From IMG/VR virus record IMGVR_UViG_3300045988_033283, positions 1 to 34,545 of that record: a stretch of DNA of 34,545 nt. The stretch is one strand, 5' to 3'. The notes below the pieces were generated by a model. It made no database searches. It saw only the letters and a program-made list of their open reading frames with translations, and was not told the DNA's origin. Source of the DNA: a virus. A program made the translations under genes and the position numbers. Shown here piece by piece: positions 14,744 through 21,086 of this stretch; within the stretch, counting starts at the first letter, position 1, and each line of letters opens with the position of its first letter.

Positions 14744-14901
14744 CCTCGACACCGGGCCACATTCCCGGGGCGGCACCGGTTCCGTCGGTCTCCGATAGAC
14801 CATCAGACGGGCGTTCCAGCCGGTGTCGTGCCGGGGGCGTGGCCCCTACACACGCCCCGCCTTCCCGTGGGAGGCACATACGAGAGAACGGAGAAGAGCA
14901 C
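14744..14901 (+). other. Very GC-rich, apparently non-coding structured spacer (four consecutive predicted helices)
   Basis: 86 of 120 bases are G/C in 14741-14860 (hand count). Pairings: 14747-14755/14820-14828 (9 bp); 14782-14791/14797-14810; 14834-14841/14851-14858; 14860-14865/14869-14874. All reading frames are Arg/Pro/Gly junk. Confidence 0.4.
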
Positions 14902-15090
14902 ATGAAGGACATGGCATCGACTGGGGGCGCAAAGGCACCGTCGAGGTGCGGGATACGACACACGCGCCTCCCGTGGAGGGCCGCGTGCGCAGCGGTCGGG
15001 TTCATCGGACTCTGCTGGGTTATCGAGTACGTGTTGATACCGGCTGTGTTGTGGGCGGTACTCGCTCTGTTCGGGGAGGTTCCGGCATGA
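14902..15090 (+). CDS. Small predicted membrane protein (62 aa)
   Basis: ATG follows ggagaagag. Hydrophobic C-terminal half AACAAVGFIGLCWVIEYVLIPAVLWAVLALF. Its stop overlaps the rusA start. Confidence 0.5.
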   Translation: MKDMASTGGAKAPSRCGIRHTRLPWRAACAAVGFIGLCWVIEYVLIPAVLWAVLALFGEVPA

Positions 15091-15482
15091 CGGCCCGCAT
15101 CGAGTTCTCGGTCGGTCCCGTGGCTGGCCTGAGAGCAGAGAGGGAAGTCACGGCGGCATGCGAGGAGGCGATGGGCGCGGCAGATATCAAGGCCCCGGCC
15201 TTCGGTCCGCACGAGCCGGTGATAGCCACCATCGACGTCTACAGGCCGCTGCCGGACAGCAGACAGAGGTGCGTGCGCTCGGAGCCGGACACCTTCAAGC
15301 CCGACGCCGTAAGCGAGGCCAAGCTGGTCATTGACGCGCTGACCGGGGTTGCGTGGGCCGACGATGCGCAGGTCGTAGACCTGCACGTGAGGAAGCACCC
15401 GAGGGTGCGCGGGCAGGCCGAGCGCATGGACGTAACGATAGCGCTTGGATGGCCCGGGCGCGATAACGAAACGGAGGTCTAG
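15087..15482 (+). CDS. rusA: RusA-like Holliday junction resolvase
   Basis: YRPLPDS...KPDAVSEAKLVIDALTGVAWADDAQVVDLHVRKH matches the RusA core pattern. ATGA overlap with the upstream gene. Confidence 0.75.
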   Translation: MTARIEFSVGPVAGLRAEREVTAACEEAMGAADIKAPAFGPHEPVIATIDVYRPLPDSRQRCVRSEPDTFKPDAVSEAKLVIDALTGVAWADDAQVVDLHVRKHPRVRGQAERMDVTIALGWPGRDNETEV

Positions 15483-15484
15483 CT

Positions 15485-15994
15485 ATGGCATACAGCGACT
15501 ACGGCGCGTTCGTGTACCTCAACGGCGAGCGCAGAACCGACAAGGAGGACGTAGGAGTATACGACAGAGACGAGGCTTCCCTGCCTTCTGGACTCCGCGT
15601 GTACGCGAACATCATTAAGCATAGTGACGGATTCGAGTGGTTCGAGTTCTCGCACCATGGAGTCATGGGCGACGGCAATGTCCGCGTCGGGTGCTACAAG
15701 CAGGGTTGGCCAGAGGTCTACAAGTGGGAGGACGGCAAGGACAAGCCGACCCGATACACGTTCGATGACCTTTCCCGCAAGTTCGGGTGGGGCAATTACG
15801 AGGAGTACGGCGACACGAGGTACGCCGCCGACAAGTACGACGAGGAGTTCGACTTCCTTGGATGGCACTTCCACTTCTGGGGCGACAATACCGGCGGCAC
15901 TCCGAAATATGGTGCGACCATGAGCCGCGACGGAGAGACTTGGGAGTGCGATTACGACTGCATGTTCGGAGCTGGTTTTGATGACATTCACTAG
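15485..15994 (+). CDS. Hypothetical protein (169 aa)
   Basis: ORF track; RBS ggaggt. Confidence 0.75.
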   Translation: MAYSDYGAFVYLNGERRTDKEDVGVYDRDEASLPSGLRVYANIIKHSDGFEWFEFSHHGVMGDGNVRVGCYKQGWPEVYKWEDGKDKPTRYTFDDLSRKFGWGNYEEYGDTRYAADKYDEEFDFLGWHFHFWGDNTGGTPKYGATMSRDGETWECDYDCMFGAGFDDIH

Positions 15995-16037
15995 CGACGA
16001 ACGGCGCGAGGGTGGTCGAGAAGGAGGAAGACGAGTG

Positions 16038-16400
16038 ATGCAGGACTATCAAATGCTGGCCCTGAGCTACGCCGATGAGCTAGCCGACCTAAAGCGTCGG
16101 TACGCAAACCTAGAGCGCCATTGCCGGGGGCTTGAATCGAAACTGTCCAAGACGCGCGACCGCATGAAGATGTACCGCGAACGCTGCAAGGCGTGGGAGA
16201 GGGCGCTGGCCAACGTGGACAGTCTTCATTGGTGCTTTATGCGTGATGAAAAACCAACGTCATCGGATATGGCATATGGCGTAGCGGTATGTGCCGCGCT
16301 CATCCGCAAAGAGGTGGCGCCGACCTACCCGAGCGCAGATTGCGCGGAGCTGCTCCGCAAGGTTCTCAACCGCGCCCCAGAAACGGGCAAAACCGAATAA
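16038..16400 (+). CDS. Hypothetical coiled-coil protein (120 aa)
   Basis: ATG 16038 follows aaggaggaag; the ORF track allows a start at 15978. Confidence 0.65.
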   Translation: MQDYQMLALSYADELADLKRRYANLERHCRGLESKLSKTRDRMKMYRERCKAWERALANVDSLHWCFMRDEKPTSSDMAYGVAVCAALIRKEVAPTYPSADCAELLRKVLNRAPETGKTE

Positions 16401-16418
16401 CCGAGTTAAAGGAGAGCA

Positions 16419-16724
16419 ATGGAATATATCGATTTAGGCTATGGCTACAGGCTCCACAGGCGCGATTCCGCGAACTGGGAGTTGCAGGAGTTCCGCAAGC
16501 CGAGCAACAAGGGCTTCGCAAAGAACATGAAGGACAGAAGCCCCAAGTGGTGCGACTGCGGCAAGTTCTTCCAGAGCCTTAGTGCCGCGCTGCTAGCCGT
16601 CTACGAGCTTTTGTTGCGCAACGGCGATGAGGGGGCCGTTCAAATCAGGGATGCACTTTGCCAAGCCGAGAAAATCGAGCGCGACCTAAAAGGCGTGACG
16701 CTCGATTTTCGCAAGTTGCAGTAA
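16419..16724 (+). CDS. Hypothetical protein (101 aa)
   Basis: ORF track; RBS aaaggagag. Confidence 0.7.
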   Translation: MEYIDLGYGYRLHRRDSANWELQEFRKPSNKGFAKNMKDRSPKWCDCGKFFQSLSAALLAVYELLLRNGDEGAVQIRDALCQAEKIERDLKGVTLDFRKLQ

Positions 16725-16750
16725 CGGCATAACGACAGAAAGGAAGTCAG

Positions 16751-17149
16751 ATGAATATCGAACTACCCAAGGATGCGGAGGGTCGAGAGATTCCGCTGGA
16801 TGTTGACGCTCTGTACGACAAGAACGGCAACAGGGTCGAGGTGTTCAGGTGGAACTACGTCCGAGGCAGGAACAACAACTGGACATTCAATCGCCTGTTT
16901 GAGTTTGTCACAGTTCCGCTCTACCCGCAGGATTATTTCCTAACACCGCTAGACAGCTGGGAGAAGCTGGAAGAGGACTTGGGCAGAGCGTCAAAGCGCG
17001 ATGCTGTTGTCTCGTGCTGCCGGTACTTTACTGCCGATAAATGCGCTAATTGTCCGATTCACGGCAACGATAGCTGCTGCTTACACAAAGAAGAGCTCGC
17101 ATTCGGGGACATTCTCGACCGCATCCGCAAACTGAGGGGTGAGGGCTAA
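16751..17149 (+). CDS. Hypothetical Cys-rich protein (132 aa)
   Basis: ORF track; RBS gaaaggaag. C-terminal SCCRYFTADKCANCPIHGNDSCC...DILDRIRKL. Confidence 0.7.
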   Translation: MNIELPKDAEGREIPLDVDALYDKNGNRVEVFRWNYVRGRNNNWTFNRLFEFVTVPLYPQDYFLTPLDSWEKLEEDLGRASKRDAVVSCCRYFTADKCANCPIHGNDSCCLHKEELAFGDILDRIRKLRGEG

Positions 17150-17340
17150 TGTGCGACTACTGCAACGGATATAACCGTATCAATGCTACCGATGTCGGTT
17201 TCGACGTAATAAGCATCTGCTGGATGCCTGACGGACGCCCGGTGATTATGGTTGACCGTCCACACGACTACCATGGGAGCTGGAGCATTCCGATTAGCTA
17301 CTGCCCGTTCTGCGGAAGAAAACTAGGTGAGAGCAAATGA
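17149..17340 (+). CDS. Small zinc-ribbon protein (63 aa)
   Basis: CDYC...CPFC pairs; translationally coupled (TAATG) to the upstream gene. Confidence 0.65.
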   Translation: MCDYCNGYNRINATDVGFDVISICWMPDGRPVIMVDRPHDYHGSWSIPISYCPFCGRKLGESK

Positions 17341-17567
17341 CAACTAGAGCATCAGCCAAATACAAGGTGAGCAAGAGGGCAATCAAGCGCTACCTAGCCG
17401 ACCATGACCTCACGCAGAAACAGCTAGCGAAGATGGCAGGCATCTCGGAGGGTGCGCTAAGCGCCCTCATCCGCTTCCAGCGCGACATGCGCGTGGGTAA
17501 CCTGTTCGCGCTGGCAGACGCAATGCGGATGGACCCGCGCGACCTCGTTGAGAAGGTGGACGAATGA
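17337..17567 (+). CDS. XRE-family HTH protein (76 aa)
   Basis: LTQKQLAKMAGISEGALSALIRFQR; ATGA overlap with the upstream gene. Confidence 0.75.
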   Translation: MTTRASAKYKVSKRAIKRYLADHDLTQKQLAKMAGISEGALSALIRFQRDMRVGNLFALADAMRMDPRDLVEKVDE

Positions 17568-17926
17568 TTACCGACGAGAAGCGCCGTGAGGTAGCGGCGC
17601 GAATGAGAAACCAACTCACATACATGCGAGAAAACGAGGAGTACTACAAAAACGACCTCGACCTTGTGGAATGCGGCAACAGCGCCTATCGCAACATCGC
17701 GGATTCGGTAGAAAAAGGCGGCAACAACTACAAGGGCTATTACATCCCCATCGTCGAAAGGCTCGCCGATTTAATCGACCGCCCGACCACTACGCGCCAC
17801 GGCAAGTTCAAGACCAAGTACGGCAGGGAGACACCGTGCTGCGAGGTCTGCGGATATTCGATTGGCGACATGCGCTGGAACTATTGCCCGAAATGCGGGG
17901 CGGTGATTACAGATGCCAAGCGATAA
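17564..17926 (+). CDS. Hypothetical protein with a C-terminal zinc ribbon (120 aa); paralogue of the next gene
   Basis: DEKRREVAARMR ... ERLADLID ... CCEVCG...CPKCG. Confidence 0.7.
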   Translation: MITDEKRREVAARMRNQLTYMRENEEYYKNDLDLVECGNSAYRNIADSVEKGGNNYKGYYIPIVERLADLIDRPTTTRHGKFKTKYGRETPCCEVCGYSIGDMRWNYCPKCGAVITDAKR

Positions 17927-18143
17927 GGAGAGGCGCGAGGCCGTCGAGTTCCTGCGCACTCACAGGTGCGCCGACGAGGGCAGCGCGTACAAGACCGTAG
18001 GCAACTGCTACGGGTGCATCAAGGCGAGCAGGGCGCTGTTCGGGAACGATGACGCGCTCTGCAACCTAGACAGCTCGGGGCCGGGAATGTGGCAGAGGCT
18101 GGCAGACTTAATCGACGACGGAGGTGACGCGCATGGCAACTGA
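17913..18143 (+). CDS. Hypothetical protein (76 aa); paralogue of the N-terminal two-thirds of the previous gene
   Basis: DKERREAVEFLR ... QRLADLID. Confidence 0.65.
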   Translation: MPSDKERREAVEFLRTHRCADEGSAYKTVGNCYGCIKASRALFGNDDALCNLDSSGPGMWQRLADLIDDGGDAHGN

Positions 18144-18309
18144 AGCTCAAATCAAGGCCCAGAAGAAATACGACGCGGAGAATACGCGGCAGGTTCACCT
18201 GAAGCTGAACCGTCGCACCGACGGGGACGTGCTTGAAAAGCTCGACAGCGTGCCCAGCAAGCAGGGCTACATCAAGAGGCTGATTCGCGAGGACTTGGCG
18301 AAGGAATAG
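18133..18309 (+). CDS. Small ribbon-helix-helix-like protein (58 aa)
   Basis: ATG 18133 follows ggaggtg. KKYDAENTRQVHLKLNRRTDGDVLEKLDSVPSKQGYIKRLIREDL fits a beta-strand plus two helices. Confidence 0.6.
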   Translation: MATEAQIKAQKKYDAENTRQVHLKLNRRTDGDVLEKLDSVPSKQGYIKRLIREDLAKE

Positions 18310-18313
18310 CGAT

Positions 18314-18346
18314 ACGGGAATCCGAAAGGGTTCCCGTTTTCTTTTG
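18314..18346 (+). terminator. Intrinsic terminator (GAAA loop)
   Basis: acgggaatcc-gaaa-gggttcccgt followed by tttcttttgg. Confidence 0.8.
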
Positions 18347-18349
18347 GAA

Positions 18350-18430
18350 AACTTCCGGCGCTGGCTTGCACACCGACTCTATAGGTGTATACTAGTATCA
18401 GCAAGTGAGGGAGAGAGAAAGGAACCCGAA
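18350..18430 (+). promoter_or_regulatory. Promoter/leader cassette copy 4 (-35 TTGCAC 18366-18371, -10 TATACT 18388-18393)
   Basis: ctataggtgtatactagtatcagcaagtgagggagagagaaaggaacc is nearly identical to copies 1 and 2. Confidence 0.6.
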
Positions 18431-18634
18431 ATGCAGAACGTCAACATTACGAGAGTTTTCAAGAAGGACGGAAAGGTAACCACCATTCATTGCGGCGAAT
18501 GGCCCGACATCACTCCTTACACTAGGGTAGAAGTTGACGGAGAAAGGTTCTTCAAGCTTGCACGGTACGGCGAGCACAAGCTGTACAAGCCGAACAAGAA
18601 AACGCGAACGATGGAATTCGTGAAAAGCATCTAA
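18431..18634 (+). CDS. Cassette-4 micro-protein (67 aa), unknown function
   Basis: ATG 5 nt after the conserved leader; the ORF-track start 18344 lies in the promoter. Confidence 0.7.
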   Translation: MQNVNITRVFKKDGKVTTIHCGEWPDITPYTRVEVDGERFFKLARYGEHKLYKPNKKTRTMEFVKSI

Positions 18635-18645
18635 AAAAGAGACGG

Positions 18646-18680
18646 AAGGGGTCGCCAGAAATGGTGGCCCCTTTTCTCAT
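18646..18680 (+). terminator. Intrinsic terminator
   Basis: aaggggtcgcca-gaaa-tggtggcccctt followed by ttctcatt. The ccagaaatgg core is shared with the terminator at 13857-13890. Confidence 0.75.
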
Positions 18681-18746
18681 TCCCACAATTCCCGCTCTAG
18701 CTGTCGTATAATTTAGGAAGCGTAAAAAACCAACCGAAAGAGCTGT

Positions 18747-19139
18747 ATGCAGGAATTCTGGGAAAAACTTCTGTGGGTTTGCATCCCGTGCGCTATTGCC
18801 GCGCTAGCAACGTTCGTGTCGAATCCTAGGCTCGATTCCCAGCTCGCAATCTACTCCGCTGCGGCAATCGTCTCAGTGTTCGGCATCATGCTGTCGCACA
18901 TGCGTTCAGAGAAGCAGAAGGCCGAAGAGGATAACGAGTTAGTCAAATCGGCGCTGCGTGCGCTGCTCAGGAGCGAGCTCATGAGAACCCATCATCATGC
19001 GATGCGCGACGGATACGCCGCCACGGTGGACAAGGAAGTCATGGAGCGCACCTACAGGAGTTATCATCATCTAGGCGGCAACGGCATCGCGACGAACCTG
19101 TATGACGAGATGATGGCGTTGCCTACTAAGGACAACTGA
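18747..19139 (+). CDS. Membrane protein at the head of the lysis cassette (two N-terminal TM segments); possible holin/antiholin-type accessory protein
   Basis: ORF track 130 aa; LLWVCIPCAIAALATFV and IYSAAAIVSVFGIML; position directly before the holin. Confidence 0.6.
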   Translation: MQEFWEKLLWVCIPCAIAALATFVSNPRLDSQLAIYSAAAIVSVFGIMLSHMRSEKQKAEEDNELVKSALRALLRSELMRTHHHAMRDGYAATVDKEVMERTYRSYHHLGGNGIATNLYDEMMALPTKDN

Positions 19140-19153
19140 AAGGAGCAATTTGT

Positions 19154-19381
19154 ATGAAAGAGTATCTTATTCCCGACAAGCCTTACAAAGTATTGAAATG
19201 GGGTGGCCTCATCGCACTTCCCGCAACTGCGGCGTTCGTGGGTACCGTAGGCCCTGCTTGGGGCTGGCCGAACGTCGATAGCGTCGTTTTGACGCTCAAC
19301 GCTGCGGGCGTTCTAATCGGCGCACTAATCGGAGTGAGTACCGCTACTTCAAAGCAGGTTGACGAAGGGAAGGTGGAGTAA
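19154..19381 (+). CDS. Holin (LL-H / Phage_holin_1-like)
   Basis: ORF track 75 aa. YKVLKWGGLIALPATAAFVGTVGPAWGWPNVDSVVLTLNAAGVLIGALIGVS; immediately precedes the endolysin. Confidence 0.85.
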   Translation: MKEYLIPDKPYKVLKWGGLIALPATAAFVGTVGPAWGWPNVDSVVLTLNAAGVLIGALIGVSTATSKQVDEGKVE

Positions 19382-20343
19382 TGGCTATCCATTTCATCGA
19401 CATCGCGTCATATCAGGCTGGGCTTGACTTGCGAGCGGCAGCAGCCGAAATAGACGGAGTTATCATCAAGGTGACCGAGGGCACGGGCTACGTCAACCCG
19501 TCGTGCGACAAGCACTGGGGTCAGGCATGCGATGCCGGCCTGCTTTGCGGCTTCTACCATTTCGCGGGAAATTCCGACCCCGTGGCGGAAGCCGATTACT
19601 TCATGCAGCACGCAGCGGGGTATTTCGGCAGCGGCGTTCCCGTCCTCGACTGGGAGGGCAATCAGGATGTCGCATGGGTCAACGCGTTCGTGCGCCGTGT
19701 GCATGACGTAAAGGGCGTTTGGTGCTGGATTTACGCAAATCCTTGGCGATTCAACCAAGGCGGCGTCGAGCAAAACTGCATGCGCTGGGTCGCGGCGTAT
19801 CCCGCAGCTCCTTCGCCCACATTCGCGCAGGCGGAAGGCTGGGACGCTCCCAGTGCCGATGGCGTTGTCGGCGCGTGGCAGTTCGCTAGCGATGGCCGCT
19901 TGTCGTGCTGGGGCGGAAACCTTGACTTCGACCTGTTCTATGGCGATGCGGCGGCTTGGCGAAAGTACGCGGGCGCGGCAAGCGCCCAGCATGAAGGCTG
20001 GATTCAGAAGGATGGCCGCTGGTGGTACCGCCACGCAGACGGGAGCTACACAAAGAGCGGCTGGGAGAAAATCGACGGCAAATGGTACCTCTTCGATGCC
20101 GACGGCTGGATGCTGACCGGATGGCAGCAGGTCGGCGGCAAGTGGTACTACCTCACCGATTCCGGCGCGATGGCTACCGGCTGGGTGCAAGATGGCGGCA
20201 AGTGGTACTACCTCGACCCGGACTCGGGCGCGATGCACGCGGCTGACGTGCAGAGCATCGGCGGCAAGTGGTATGCCTTCGGCGACAGTGGCGAGATGCA
20301 CTATGGCGTTGATTCTGATGCAAGCGGTGCATTGAAGTTGTAG
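19381..20343 (+). CDS. Endolysin: GH25 muramidase with C-terminal cell-wall-binding (CW_binding_1-type) repeats
   Basis: FIDIASYQAG...IIKVTEGTGYVNP...GFYHFA; five to six GW-x-GGKWYY-type repeats in the last about 120 aa. Confidence 0.95.
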   Translation: MAIHFIDIASYQAGLDLRAAAAEIDGVIIKVTEGTGYVNPSCDKHWGQACDAGLLCGFYHFAGNSDPVAEADYFMQHAAGYFGSGVPVLDWEGNQDVAWVNAFVRRVHDVKGVWCWIYANPWRFNQGGVEQNCMRWVAAYPAAPSPTFAQAEGWDAPSADGVVGAWQFASDGRLSCWGGNLDFDLFYGDAAAWRKYAGAASAQHEGWIQKDGRWWYRHADGSYTKSGWEKIDGKWYLFDADGWMLTGWQQVGGKWYYLTDSGAMATGWVQDGGKWYYLDPDSGAMHAADVQSIGGKWYAFGDSGEMHYGVDSDASGALKL

Positions 20344-20437
20344 AGGGCGGCATTAGGCAGCAGGACAACTGAGCAAGACCACCAAGCGGGTCTCGTCTAA
20401 TCGGCGGGGCCCGCTGCCGGTTGAAGGGGGGACGCAC

Positions 20438-20815
20438 ATGGGAGCATACAGGGCCTGCAGCAGGTGCGGGAAGATGCACGCATACGACGAGCCTTGCCCG
20501 AGGAAGAAACCGACATACAGGTACGAGAGGACGGGAGCTGACAGGCTGCGCTTCACCTCAAGGTGGAAGAGGAAGAGCCTACAGGTGCGGGACGATGCGC
20601 ACTGGATGTGCGAGGTGTGCAGGGACCAAGGGAAGGCAACGACCGAGGGGTTGGAAGTCCACCACATCGAGAAGCTACGCGATGACCCGGACGGGCTGAT
20701 TGAGGACGGCAACCTCGTGTGCCTGTGCAGGCTGCACCATAGGATGGCGGACGATGGCGAGCTTACGAAGGGCTACCTGCGAGGGCTTGCGGCCAAGAGG
20801 ATTGAGGGCCGCTAA
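20438..20815 (+). CDS. HNH endonuclease (terminase-associated type)
   Basis: CEVC...LEVHHIEKL...NLVCLCRLHH; located upstream of the packaging genes. Confidence 0.9.
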   Translation: MGAYRACSRCGKMHAYDEPCPRKKPTYRYERTGADRLRFTSRWKRKSLQVRDDAHWMCEVCRDQGKATTEGLEVHHIEKLRDDPDGLIEDGNLVCLCRLHHRMADDGELTKGYLRGLAAKRIEGR

Positions 20816-21086
20816 TCGTCCTATGTCGATAACCTGTTGAAAACTCTGTCGATAACTAGGGGGGGAAACAATCCCCCCCTACCCTACGGGGAATTCGGGC
20901 GCGCTGCCGCGCTATCAACAAGCCCCTATCTAGACACTAAATTTCCAAGCTGCTGGGCTTTTTTGGAAAACGGCGGTTTATCGGTCAAAAACTGCGATTA
21001 TCATTCAATAAGGGCGATTATCGGGGATTCTTTCGAACGTTTCCCCATAGCGGCTTTCAGAACAACGAGAAGGGGGTTTTCAAGGC
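20816..21086. promoter_or_regulatory. Repeat-rich non-coding spacer; candidate cos / terminase-recognition region
   Basis: TGTCGATAAC x2 (20824, 20847); G7-aaacaat-C7 hairpin (20857-20881); GCGATTATC x2 (20994, 21014); TTATCGG x2 (20978, 21018). Confidence 0.35.

Noticed and set aside
14800-14806. CUGAUGG on the - strand inside the GC-rich spacer, reminiscent of a hammerhead ribozyme core
   Set aside because: The conserved CUGAnGA and GAAA core elements are not both present in the right arrangement, so there is no support for a ribozyme call.
14656-15090. Long forms of the ORFs across the GC-rich spacer (14656-15090 and 14823-15482)
   Set aside because: The N-terminal extensions are Arg/Pro/Gly-rich junk. 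Good internal ATGs with RBS (14902) or ATGA coupling (15087) give sensible proteins instead.
19408-20301. 297-aa - strand ORF opposite the endolysin, and similar long antisense ORFs at 4553-5500, 24331-24987 and 14700-15398
   Set aside because: All overlap well-supported + strand genes or GC-rich spacer. Their compositions are Arg/Ala/Pro-biased and they lack start-site context.
20941-20966. Possible terminator ccaagctgctgggctttttt in the cos-like spacer
   Set aside because: Only a stem of about 4 bp can be drawn before the T6 run, which is too weak to call.
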